A stretch of 64,000 nucleotides of DNA from Adineta vaga (taxonomy: Eukaryota; Animalia; Rotifera), in assembly GCA_021613535.1 (NCBI GenBank), contig CP075493.1, positions 9,734,001-9,798,000 of the forward strand. The letters are read 5' to 3'. Position 1 is the stretch's first letter. Each line of letters begins with the position of its first letter. A program made the translations under genes and the position numbers. This document shows, one piece after another, positions 11,584-27,072 of the stretch. The notes under the pieces were generated by a model, which saw only the letters and a list, made by a program, of their open reading frames with translations, was not told the DNA's origin and did not search any database.

Positions 11584-13278
11584 TTAGGAATGTTTTTTAT
11601 TCTCTGTTTCAGAAGTATTAGCTGGTATATGAGATGATTTTCGTAGAGATTGATGTGTTGTAGCAGCACCATCTGTTGTTTCGATTTCATCACAATCATG
11701 TAATAATTCAAGACTTTTAATATATCGATGTGAAAAAACATCTATTGAATATTTAATTCAATGAATTCAATTTTAGAAAAACATTCTCTTACCTATGTAA
11801 AAAGACGCACCATTGTAAACACTAACAGCAAATATTGAACAAAGAAAAACAACATTTACATACCTAGAAGAAAGAACAATTTAAAAAGAAAAGGAATATG
11901 TTACAAATGTTTACTTACATATTTCGATAATACCATAGACAAACTGGTAAAATTGATAATAACATATAAGCAAATTGTAAAAAGAAATAAAACACAACTT
12001 TATATCGATTGATTCCATCATTGGATCCATCAAAACCAAATTTTTGTATAAGACGTGAAACAAAACCATCCTTATCTGCTAATAACCATGTATATGATGT
12101 TGCTCGTAAACCTCGTGCAACTTTATCACGACGTCCATAAATAATAAAGGCATAATACAATACTTGCCATATTAGATAGAAAATAACTGTATAGAAAACA
12201 GCAGTTTTTGTATGAAGCGATGAACCAATATGAACAATAGCTGGATAATGTTCCCGTTGAAGTTCAATTGGTAAAAGCCAACGAATTGTAAACAATGTTA
12301 ATGGTGGATACCTATTCATCAGATAGAAACGTTACGAATCAAAATTGAATAAATTTATTTACATATGAATAAATAAGCTTGTAACTTTGTCAAGACCTAT
12401 GCAAATATGATTATTTAGTCTATATAGATATGATTATAAATTATATATCTTACTATGAAAAACGAGTGAATTTCTCCAAAGAACTATTGCAAAACCTAAT
12501 GGTCCATGGCTTAATGTATAACAAACAGTAAAAAGAATTTTTGATGATGGAAATATCCACAAATAGAGTAGAGTTAAAAGATTAACAAAATAGCATAGAT
12601 CATAGACTGAAAAAAAACAAGAAAATGAATTTTTGCTTTTTCAATGAAAATATATAATGTTCAATTTACCAAAATAATGCCAACTTTTACGTTTATAGAT
12701 AAGAAATCGAAGTGTAATCAAAAATAAAGCTTGATAGGTGTAAACAAGTGGTAAAATATGTGGCCAACGGCCAGCTAGAATAATCAATAATAAGTGATTG
12801 TCGAAAAGAAATTCGGTTCTTTATACCAATTAATGGTGAAAAACAAGCATTCGCAACTCCAATGGAAAATGAAATTTTATCTCGTGTTCGAATAAAACTT
12901 GGTTTTTTTATATTTTCCGACCATTTATGAATACGTTGTTGTAATTGAGTCTTTAAAAGACGCTTTTGTGCTTCAAGTTCATCAATAGTTCGTCGTAAAC
13001 GTTGCCGAGAATCTTCTCGCCGTTCTTCAACTAATTTATCAATAGATTTAGTTTTGCTATTGAAATGAAATTTTCGTTAGATTCTTACTTTGAGTTGTTA
13101 TATTATCAATTCTATCAGAAACAACTTCAAGAAAATCGTAAAAATCAAGTTCTTCTTCATCGTCATTGAGATTTTCATCACTACTATTTTCTGCAGTCAA
13201 AATTCCATTAATTGAATCTCGTCGTATTTCTTCATCACTTGAATTTTTTTCATCTTTTAATATATTCTCGTCAGTCAT
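11584..13278 (-). CDS. GPC1: Glycerophosphocholine acyltransferase (GPCAT, Gpc1/DUF2838 family), multi-exon
   Basis: RDKISFSIGVAN, RFLIYKRKSWHYF, YDLCYFVNLL, SHGPLGFAIVLWRNSLVFH, LDKVTSLFIH, YPPL, RATSYTWL and YNGASFYIDVF. Confidence 0.88.
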
Positions 13279-13362
13279 ATCTAGAATAAATATATACATC
13301 TGACTTTTTGAAATATTCACTTAAATTTTTAAATAGTATCGAATGCTAATTCTTAAATGCAT

Positions 13363-15052
13363 TTATGTCCACCAGAAATTTACAGAAAAACTAGGTGAAA
13401 GAGACCGAACATAATGCCAATGACGAGCAGGCATGTAAAGCATATCACCAGGTTGAAGAATAAATTCAACATACGGAACATCTTTAAATAGAGGAAATCG
13501 ATCGTAATCAGGATTTTCAACATCAATCTAAATAAAACTACAATTTGATAAATAGTCATTCCGTTGGATGAACTTACGGAACTCGTATTGTTTAACATAG
13601 AAGAACCAAGCGCATACAATCTTGAAGAATAAATTGGATCATATAAACGAATGTATTTTTCTCCAACGATCTAAATGAAGACAATTTTGTTCAATTACAT
13701 TCATTTGTTTTATATCATTACTTGAGCAAGAAGATTTTGTTTAGGATCATTATGTAACGGAGAAATAGTTTGCTTTGGACCAATCCATCTAAAATTAACA
13801 TTTATAATAGAACATTGTCTCGTATTACAAATGATCAACATACGCATTGAGATCAACTTCTTCATCTTCATTTTCATTTTCATGTAAACTTATGTAACAA
13901 TAATCGGGTATGCAAATATCTTTTTTCAAATCAGGAATCTATAGAATAAAATAAATAGATTATACATACAAACAAACAAATGTCTTCTTCTTTACTTGAT
14001 CTAATAAAGGATGTTGAGCTAAATAACCACGTTTTGATGACTTTAAGAAATTCGACATTAACATAGATATATCTACGTAAATAATACGACTTACTCTTTG
14101 TTTGCAATATTGATTGACAAAATCAGCAATTGTCATTAATTTCTGTGTCCAATCATCATCTGAATAACGACTACCTAATTCAATTGGTACTGTTCGATCA
14201 CCAGCTGATTTAATTAGATATTCAAAACTATAAAATCAATATTAAATGAAAATATCAAACAAATATGATCTTACCTCCATTTTTTCATTGCTGGCCAATG
14301 ATCAATACATCCGGTAAGAATCACAGGTTTCTTTGTTTGCATATAACACGTAAGAAATTGTTCTATCGATGGACAGTGAATACGTTTAATATCTTTTCTT
14401 GGATCAAGAATTGGAATTGACATCCAATTGAAATTCTTCTCTTCCTCCTCCTCCTCATCACCATCATCATTATCGAGACGGATTCGTTTTGACGTAAACA
14501 AATCCACATCCTAAAAGTAATCGAATTTCATTACAAAATAAGCGCAATGTAAAAAAGATCAATCTAACTACTGATTCTTCTTTTCTGAGATTTTCATTAA
14601 TAATATCAATTAATTCATTAAATTGTTTTTCAAGTATTGGTCCTCCAAGTAAAATTCCTAGATCACATTTCTTCACAATATCCTACTAAAAAGAAATACA
14701 ATCAATAATTCAATCGAATGATATGATACTATACATTTACTTGATAATTATCATGTAGTATTACTGTACAATCAGCAAGAACATCAATATAACAAGCATA
14801 TGCATATAAATATCGATATGCTGGTTTAACATTCTGCCATATCCCAGTATTTAATTTCTCCCATGAATATTCTAGAACAATTTTGATATAAAGTTTGATT
14901 TTTTCTATTTGTTGTTTTGAAGATAATAAATTTCGAGCTGTTTGTAAATAATTTACTAAACATAAATCAATTTGATCTTTTGTAAAATCTTCATCGAAAA
15001 CATTCAATTGTAGATGTCCGATTATGTGTTGAATATTCGTATGAAAATTCAT
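13363..15052 (-). CDS. KDM8: JmjC domain protein JMJD5/KDM8
   Basis: SWEKLNTGIWQNV, CDLGILLGGPI, KPVILTGCIDHWPAMKKW, RTVPIELGSRYSDDDWTQ, GYLAQHPL, TISPLHNDP (HxD) and HWHYVRSLSPSFSVNFWW. Confidence 0.93.
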
Positions 15053-15179
15053 CTATAAAAACAATGCATAATCAAAGAAAGAGAGTTTACGGCTAATTTT
15101 TGACTAAAAGAAAACGAAAAGAAACAAAAAAGAGGACTTTGCTAGATTGAAAAATATATAAATAAATCAATGAATTATT

Positions 15180-17861
<2,682 letters not shown>

Positions 17862-17900
17862 TTGATGTTATCAAAACAATTTAATCTAAAATAGATTTGA

Positions 17901-18902
17901 TTAGTGAAAAAAATCTTGTAACTTTTTTTGGCAAAATTCAATCTTATTCTTATCAAAAATTAAATCACAAGTTTGTAACATCAATTGATAAATATCTTCT
18001 TTAGTTAAATGAAATGTTTGAACTAAATCGAAGATTTCCGATGATAAACAACAATTCATTAAACCACTGTCATCTGTACAGATTGCTAAAGGATGTTTAT
18101 TTGTATAGAACAAATTAAAATGATGTTCTGTTAAATCAGATAAATTCATTGTTAATGAATTTGATGTTGGACATAATTCCAAAGGAATTCGTTCTTTAAT
18201 AACACGTTCTTCTTGATCATTTGTACGAAAATTAAAGTGACCAAGACGTGTAGGTTTATAATCAAGTATAAGATTATTTTCATGTGAACATTCTTTATCA
18301 GGTAATTCACCGATATGAATAGTTGTTGATAAATTCATTTTTTTAGCTAAATCAAAAACTGGAAGAAAACGTTCGAAAGATTTTATATTCGGATCACCGG
18401 ATAAATCAAGACCAACTACATATGGGCGATACGTTTCAGCTAGTTTCAAAGTTTCCATAGCTTGTTCAACAGTTTGTGTTCGATCAATACTTAAGATTAA
18501 TCGTGAACAAATTTTCTCTTCATAACCTTTCATAATCTCTAAAATTGCCTCGATATAATTCGATGATGAAATCGTTCCATTATTAAAGGAACGAGGGCGT
18601 GTACGTAATTCAACATACATGATGTGATCATCAATAAAATCTTCCAATGTTTCACGTGTAATACGACGAATATCGTCTAAATTTGTTACACATGAACGAA
18701 GTAAAGCAAATTTTTCGAAAACATTTGCCATTCTTGCATGCGTATCACCCGAATGAAAGTCTTTGTCCAATGTATCCAAACGAAGTTGATCCGTTGATGA
18801 CGAAAGTAATTGACGAAATGTTGATGAACGAATACATCCATTGAGATGTGCATGAAGTTCAATTTTAGGAATTAATTGACAGAAACGACGCAGATCGTCC
18901 AT
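17901..18902 (-). CDS. ADAL: Adenosine deaminase-like protein (ADAL/MAPDA, N6-mAMP deaminase), intronless; in-frame ATG also at 18932
   Basis: PKIELHAHLNG, YVELRTRP, RLILSIDR, VVGLDLSGDP, TIHIGE, RLGH, LELCPTSN and ICTDDSG. Confidence 0.92.
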   Translation of the reverse strand: MDDLRRFCQLIPKIELHAHLNGCIRSSTFRQLLSSSTDQLRLDTLDKDFHSGDTHARMANVFEKFALLRSCVTNLDDIRRITRETLEDFIDDHIMYVELRTRPRSFNNGTISSSNYIEAILEIMKGYEEKICSRLILSIDRTQTVEQAMETLKLAETYRPYVVGLDLSGDPNIKSFERFLPVFDLAKKMNLSTTIHIGELPDKECSHENNLILDYKPTRLGHFNFRTNDQEERVIKERIPLELCPTSNSLTMNLSDLTEHHFNLFYTNKHPLAICTDDSGLMNCCLSSEIFDLVQTFHLTKEDIYQLMLQTCDLIFDKNKIEFCQKKLQDFFH

Positions 18903-19183
18903 TTTCGCGGTGTGAAAACTTCCAAATAACATTAGATAGATTTTATTCTACAGACACTTATGACGCTACTTTCAACGAATGAAAAGAACTTGCTAGTAGC
19001 GCTATGAATGCGTCACTTATTATACAGATGGAGCAACAACTCAGAGCTGATGAAATACAAAGAAGAAGCCAATTGAAAGATGATTCGAAATTAATCATTA
19101 TAAATTTTTTTACTTAGTTATGATGATCATTGAAATATAAGTATTTTCTTTTGCATTATTCCAAAGTATCGTTTACCTTGTTA

Positions 19184-20476
19184 ATGTGTACGATGTTTTT
19201 CTTTTCCCTCGTGATTTTATGTGAATTAACAATTGTAATCTCATCTGATTTCGGTAGATTTATTTAAAAGATCTAATCATCTGAATATCGAACTTTTTTC
19301 CAGGTCGATATGATTTAGTTGTCGATAAAAATAATAATGATGGAATAACACGTTTCTTTGTTGTTGCTGATTGGGGTGGTTTACCATTTCGACCATATGA
19401 AACTCCAGCTGAAATTGCTATTGCTAAAGCAATGGGCATTTTAGGTCAAAAACTAAATACTAGTTTTCAATTAGCATTAGGAGATAATTTCTATTTCGAT
19501 GGTGTAAAATCAGCGAATGATTCAAGATTTGAAGTAAGATTGAACTTTTTACAAAATAATGCTTATTTGTAAATGTAGCATACATTCGAACATGTATTTT
19601 CGGCAGCATCCTTACAAACACCATGGTATGTGGTAGCTGGTAATCACGATCATTTAGGAAATGTTTCAGCACAAATTGAATATGGTAAATTATCCAAACG
19701 ATGGTAATAACAAACCGTTCATAAACAGAATTGATTTTTCTGTCTATTATATTGAAAACATTTTTAGGATATTTCCAGATTATTTCTATACATTTTCATT
19801 ATGGCAAAGTGATCAACAAAAGAAATTGATTGATTTTATCATGATTGATACTGTATTACTTTGTGGTGGTACAAATTTATCCGATTGGGAACATGCTCCA
19901 TTACGAGGACCTGAAAATTCGTATGTAGCTGATCTTTATTGGCAATGGATCGAAGAACAGCTTCGACAATCAACGTATGTATTGTATTGAAAGATATCTA
20001 ATTAATTGATGATGATCTATTTTTTTAGTGCACCGTATTTGATAGTCAGTGGTCATTATCCAATTTATTCAGTTGCTGAACATGGTCCAACTCAATGTCT
20101 TGTTGATCGTCTTCGACCTTTACTTCATCAATATCAAGCCACAACATATCTTTGTGGACATGATCATAATCTTCAAGTAACAAAGATTAGTTAGTTAATA
20201 AAAGATTATACATATTTCTTTCCATTTTAGCATTTGGTTGATGATATGGATGAATCACATTTGAATTATTTCGTTGTTGGCGCTGCAAATTTCATTTCAA
20301 ATAATCATGACCATACGAAAGATGTTCCGGTTGATTCATTGAAATTCTTTTGGGGTGGTTCAATTGTGTTTGGTGGTTTTGGATTAATTCAAGTAGATAA
20401 TATTCAACTGAATTTTTCATTTATTGATCGTTCAGAGAAAACGTTGTATCAAACAACTTTAAAACCACGCTTTTAA
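19184..20476 (+). CDS. ACP5: Tartrate-resistant purple acid phosphatase (ACP5-like), copy 1
   Basis: Signal peptide, then ADWGG, LGDNFY, AGNHDH, SGHYP and CGHDHNLQ. Five short introns. Confidence 0.9.
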
Positions 20477-20668
20477 TTTGTGATATTTTTTGTTTTCTAA
20501 TAACAAATAAAAAACAACTGATACTTTTCTATAAGAAATATCTATTGCACTTGAATTCTTATCTTTAACATACAGAAATCTAACTAGGTTATCTCTATTT
20601 ATTTTGCAAACATATTTGCATCTTCCTTACATACATTCACTTTTTTACGTTGCTACTGTTTTGAAACA

Positions 20669-21976
20669 ATGTTGCTAATCTTTCTAGCATATCTTACCAT
20701 CGTTTATCAAGTTTCAATTGCGTTTCCGTCTAGCTTTGGTAGGTAGTTTCTATAAAACTAGAAATTTGTTGACATTGAAGTATTCTCATTATGTAGGTCG
20801 ATATGATCTAGTAGCAAAAGAAAATGATGATGGAACAGTAAGATTTTTTGTTGTTGGTGATTGGGGTGGTCTACCAGTTTCACCATTTGATACACCATCC
20901 GAAGTAGCAATAGCTGATGCTATGGGTAAATTAGGTGTGAAACTAAATACAACTTTTCAATTAGCATTAGGTGACAATTTTTATTATGATGGTGTTCAAT
21001 CAGTAAATGATTCAAGATTTCAAGTACAAAACTTTGATTTATTTTCTTTTTTTTTACAAAAATCAAAGCTAATTTGTTTGTTTTAGAATACTTTTGAACA
21101 TGTGTTTTCTGCTACAGCATTGCAAACTCCATGGTATGTCTTAGCCGGTAATCATGATCATAGAGGTAATGTTTCTGCAGAAATTGAATATGGTACAACA
21201 TCGAAACGATGGTGAGTGTGTATTGGTTTTCTTTATTTTTCTATGAATCGTTATATTCTAATGTAAACAGGGTATTTCCAGATTATTTCTATTCATTTAC
21301 ATTATGGCAAAGTGATCAACAAAAGAGATTGATTGATTTTGTCATGATTGATACTGTTCTATTATGTGGTGGAGATACTCTATCCGATTGGGATCATCGA
21401 CCATTAGAAGGTCCTACAAATGAACTTGTTTCTGAGGCATATTGGCAATGGATTGAAGGACAACTTCGTCAATCATCGTCAGTATCCTACAGTGACATAA
21501 TAAATTTGATTGATTTTCGTTGATGAAATTCTAGAGCACCATATCTAATTGTCAGTGGTCATTTTCCAGTTTATTCAGTTGCTGAACATGGTCCAACTCA
21601 ATGTTTAATTGATCGCCTTCGTCCTATGCTTCATCTATATCATGCAACAGCATATCTCTGTGGACATGATCATAATCTTCAAGTAAAAGTGATTTATTGA
21701 TCTATTAAAATGAGTTTCTTCCAATTTTAGCATTTATCTAATGATATGGACGGAGTACATATGAATTATTTTGTTATTGGTGCTGCTAATTTTATTGATC
21801 CAAGCCAAGAACATGCACAAGATGTTCCAGCTGATTCATTGAAATTCTTTTGGGCAGGCTCACAGGTTTACGGTGGTTTCGCTCTAGTTGAAGTCAATAA
21901 TACACATATGAGTTTATCATTTGTTGATCATTCAGAACAAACATTATATCAAACAGTGATGACACCTCGATCGTAA
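20669..21976 (+). CDS. ACP5: Tartrate-resistant purple acid phosphatase (ACP5-like), copy 2 (tandem duplicate)
   Basis: Signal peptide [18 protein letters not shown], then GDWGG, LGDNFY, AGNHDH, SGHFP and CGHDH. Same intron positions as copy 1. Confidence 0.9.
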
Positions 21977-24557
21977 TTTGAATTTTTTTATTTTTTATTT
22001 TTTTCTAAAAAAATAAAATCTACGATCAATTTAAAAATTTCCAAGGAAAAAATGCTATAAATGAGTTTATCGCCATAAAGTGTGAGTATGTACGTGCCTA
22101 TACAGTCAATGATCATTAGGATCTATCGAAAAAAAAATTTCCATGTATATATGCATATCAAGTAGGAGATTGAAGTGAGGACAAGTCATAAAGTGTGATC
22201 GGCATTGAGAACTGAAATGATTATTGTTGTGTTTGTCCGATATTAAGCATGAAAATCTTGTGCATACTTAATTCTCCTAAATAAATATTCTCAATCTATT
22301 TGATGATCAAAACATTTTATCGTTATAAATCACACTTATTCTTCTTTTTGGCATGAATATTACTCATCTAAAATTCAACAATTATGTGTCATATTTGCTG
22401 TTTCTCTTCACTGATCAATCCAATTTGATGTTTACTTCTTCTTCTGACAGCAACAGAAAAATCAATAAGAACACTTAAAACGAAATATCATTAGTAATTC
22501 GATCTGATCTATTCTGTTATAGACACGCGTACGTAATCTTCATGTTACTGAGCCATGAACCGCCTTTGTAATATGAATCATAAAAATGTTTGCTATTGAT
22601 TTTTTTCAATCAAAAATTTCGTCATCAATAGAAATGCGACGATGACTTAATAAAGTCGAAAAACAGATTGTCTCAAGAGAACAGAAAAGAAAAAGAAAAT
22701 GTAGACATTAATGATCAATTATTCTTTTTTTCCCTTCCATTTACACAACTGATATTGATTAGACAGAAACGAATAGTGATGATAGTTAGTCGTTGCTCGC
22801 CAGTGATTAATAACTTATCAACAAGACATGATGTTCAATATCATCCTATCTAAATACACATGTTTGCAGATATATAATGTGTCCCATTTCTATCAAGAGA
22901 TCGATCGACATCTGATAGGGTTGAAATATGCGCGTGCCGAGCATAGAATTGAGGCGGAGAGATTGGACGGCAATTAGTTTTCAATGTATTCATTCGAAAA
23001 TGGCATTTCAAATCATAGAGGTATACATTTCCGACAATTGTATGTTTGATGTAGTGATACTCAATTACACTAGTCGGTTTAATCAAGTTGCCATTTAAAA
23101 GAAAAATCAAATATAATGAACAAAAGAAATGGTTTTTCTCCTTTCTTTCTTTCTTTCTATCTCTCTCTTTGAGATTAATCAATGGATGAATGATAACAGA
23201 AGGAGAAGAAAAAGGAAAAAAGACAATTGTTTATGTCACTCAAGCAAGACAGGCCATAGTCAAACTAACAGAAGGAAGAAAAGAGCCAAGACATTGATGC
23301 TTGTTTAATTATTTTCTCATTAATCTGTTAATTGGCTACGTTGGATTGTATGTTTAAGAGCAGAAGAAGAAAAATAGATAAGCATAAGAATACTACTAAG
23401 AATCTGTTATTATTAGCTATTCATAAGAGAAGAATTCTTTTTCTCATCATTTTGACGTTTTTCAGACGACTTTATTAATGTTACAACTTTTCTTTTATTA
23501 TATCTCTTAAATTTTAATTAAATCATGGATAAATGCTACTGGCGTTATTGGTAGGTATATATGAATCGTATTCATTCATTCACTTCATCATCTCAATGTG
23601 TAAAAGATTGATTGCATGAGAAATAAAGACAATAGTACACAAAACCCAATTCTTCTATCTATTTGTGTCTCGTCGCATAGAGGAAGTACACACACAGACT
23701 ATTGACATAAATGTATATACATTCATACATACACACGGTATTCACTCTCATCAAACTAGATTTTTCATTGTCGTTTGTTTAAACAGAAGAAGAAAAAAAG
23801 AATGAGCTCAAAATTCGATCGTTATCATTGTCTAGAAGAAGAGCTCAGATGATGGCGCGACAGCACGTTACGATGGATGAATAAACGTGAAATCTATGCT
23901 GCGTCATCTATTCGAAGGTGTATGTTAATCTTTGTACTTGAACCTATGTGTAGAAGCTGGATAAATTAGATGGGGAGAGAGAGAGAGAAAGAAAGAAAGT
24001 AAGAGAAGAAAGAATCAAAGTAAATAAAGAACGAATAAATGTAAGTATGTACGTAGTACGAAAAGAGTAAAGTTTTTTTCTGTGTTATTATTGTGTATCT
24101 CTCTCGCTCTTTTACTCATCTCGTCCTTTCAATATGTATGTATGTGTCTATGTCGATCTTTTCATAACTCTTACGATTTGAAATAGTGATGATAGATGAT
24201 GAAAATTCGAGGACGTGATCAACTTCGAGACACAACAACAAGTAAGCTTGACATTTCCTTATAAATGTAACAATGACACTTCTATTGTTCTTTTATCAAT
24301 GACAAACATGTCTTGATTATGACATATTTTACTAGTATGAAATAAAAATCTGAAAATCGGATATTTTGTCTATCTAGAACCATTACTTGTTGATGATTGG
24401 TGGAGTAAATATTGCAAAAAGCATGATTTATTCCCATTGGACTCTTTTTTTTACTGTTTTTTCTTCTTTTCTCTATTCACACATTGTGCTATATGAGAGT
24501 ATAGGAAATCGGATATTCACTCTCTTACTCGTTCGTTCTCGCGCACTTCTTTTATTG

Positions 24558-24900
24558 TATAAAAATGCAAATATGTGAATGTGTAAGAAGAAGAATAAGA
24601 AGAGAGTGAGAGGAGAAGAAAAGCAGAGTTAGATCTAAGTGCGAATTTCTCTTTCTCTCTCTCTCTTTGCCTCCGTGAAAAAAAGAAAATAAGAACATTT
24701 TGTTGGAAGAGAACTCGTTCTATACTGTATACATTTTTTTTCTCTCTCTTCATCACATCTCGTTTTTATCAATCAAACTGATTTTGACCTTTTTGAATAA
24801 ATGGTATTTTCATTAGATTTATAGTCTCTCACATACATACGTCTCGAACGTTGTGTCATCTATTCACAGCAGCAACATTTTCTGCTCTTTAGAGGTAAGT
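24558..24900 (+). promoter_or_regulatory. Putative TATA box and non-coding first exon of NR4A ending at a strong splice donor
   Basis: TATAAAAA at 24558 and AG|GTAAGT donor at 24895. A matching acceptor TTTAG at 27062 lies 10 nt before the NR4A ATG. Confidence 0.4.
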
Positions 24901-25824
24901 GATCTTTCTTGCTTCGCTCATGTGATTTTGGCATCTGATTAAATACACCTGTGATGATGATATTTGTTCACTGAAGAAGAAAGAAAAAAGAAAGAAAAAA
25001 AAACGAAAAGAAATATCTGTGACATTAAAATGAGAAATAAAATGACGATGACATTAACAATTCAACAGAAAAAAAGAATAGAAAAGATAGTGACATTTAT
25101 TCAGATTTTCTGATCATCTTCTTCTGTATTATGACCAATGGATATTATGAATTAATGGATTTTAATCTTCTTGAAACTTTTGTAAACACATACTTACATT
25201 GTAGGTTTTCTTTTTCTATTTTGCTCTTGAGATTTTGATACAGACGATAAGACCGATGATCGTAATCGATCAATCGTATGATTAGATTTGATTGGATAAG
25301 TTTATCAAATAATTTTATCCAATCCTGTGTCTTTTAGATTGAGTCGTAGCAGAAAGTAGTCGATAATCGATGAGTCCATTTGAAAGTTTTTTTTTACCGA
25401 ATCTATCCCAAGAAGAAATCGTTCACGAAATTTTCTGTACTACATACCGTGTATTCTAACGTTGATGAGGCTAGCAATGACGATGACGACTGTCTCGTCT
25501 CAGAATATATATACATGTGCTCTAATGCTGAACTTTCGGTGTGCTATTCACTGATATTTAGAAGCGAAAAGTCAATGTATTATCAATGAGAATATCATCG
25601 TTTTTTTTTCTCTTTTTTTTCCTCTCTTTTTCTTGGTGGCCACTGTCTATATGAATGTCTTTATGTACATGCACAACGATAAGGTCGCGTCATTTCTAAA
25701 AATGTTAAACATTCTTTTTGTGCCATTTTGGGTACATGCCCGCCTGCTGTCGTCATCGTTGCGCGACAACAAAGGTTAGTTATGTTTAATTTCTATATTT
25801 GGGTGTCCATCGTCGCCATACTGT

Positions 25825-25839
25825 GGTCATATGACCTTT
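25825..25839. promoter_or_regulatory. Nuclear-receptor response element: GGTCA-ta-TGACC palindrome containing an NBRE (AAAGGTCA on minus strand)
   Basis: ggtcatatgaccttt in the presumed NR4A first intron. A second NBRE lies at 24785-24792. Confidence 0.35.
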
Positions 25840-27072
25840 TTTCTATTCGTTCTGAAAACTAATATTAAAAAACTTGTGCCTGTCAATCATTGACACACAT
25901 GTGTTTAATAGCGGCAAATTTGTTTTTATTGAAATGATCCTCGTGTAAATGATCGATACATGTGTATACATTACTATAGTTAATGAAGTTTAAGAAGTGT
26001 GCGTGTTGGCGGCATGACTAATTTCTTAGCTGTGATCTTGATAAAATAATTATAAAAACATTGAATTAGGATGAGTAAATTTAGTAAACTGAGCATTTCT
26101 TTATCCACTTGTTATGTCCTTATCTCTATATATAGATTTACTAAATCGATTTTTCTCTGAACTTTTCCGATAGAAAATGCTGATGATAATGATCAATGAC
26201 TATATAATTGAGTTCGAAGAAACTATTTCATTTGTCGTTGAATGAAGGCAAAATAAAGAAGAAGAAGAAGAAAACTAACATTCTTGTCTATGAGATAAAT
26301 CATCGGTTTTTTTTCATGTTGAATATGTTTTGTTTTCTCATTCATCATTCGTATGTTCAATGCTTTTTCGTGTGTTGACAGGATACTAGTTGTTACAGTT
26401 CAACTCGCATTGACGTGCTGTCCCTTTCGGATATCCTGTACATATCATCATCAAACGTCGAACATACCGCACATACATACGTCAAAACATATGCATACGT
26501 TGTCAGTTCGTCAAATTAGCTGCGAGATATTTAGCAGTGATCATTATTTTGTTCTTTCGTTGTAAGGAAGAAATAAATCTGGAAATAATTTTAGATCAGG
26601 AGTCTATATCATCTTTAATGAATGAGAAAGCGACCAACACGTGTTCATACTGTTAGAATCAACAATGAGAGATGCATATAATGTAAACATTTCCGTAGAC
26701 AGATACAAAGATCTGGTCAAATTAAAAGCAAGTCTCTAATTAACTAGAGATTATAAAAAGAAAAGAAGGAAGCGAAGAGTAAATTAGTGAGTGATAATGA
26801 TGATGAGCATGAACAGTAATATGAGATGGGATGAGAGAGAAAGAAGAATAAGCAAGTAAACGCGTGCCAAATGCCACCAAAAATAAAGAGACTATCCGGC
26901 AATGTTCGTTAGTCGACCTTTACCAATTCTTACACGCAAATATTTGCTCTAGATTCATCATTACTACGTAGAATGATAAACAAAGAAATATAAATAAGAA
27001 ACATCATCAAATCAAAATGAATTTAAAAAAATAAATAAAAATTTGCCATTCTTTTTCTTTAGTGCACGTATC

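Noticed and set aside
22000-27000. Short ORFs upstream of NR4A (e.g. 22850-23182, 24517-24756, 26353-26565)
   Set aside because: Low-complexity, no motifs and no splice-consistent structure; best explained as regulatory or intronic DNA.
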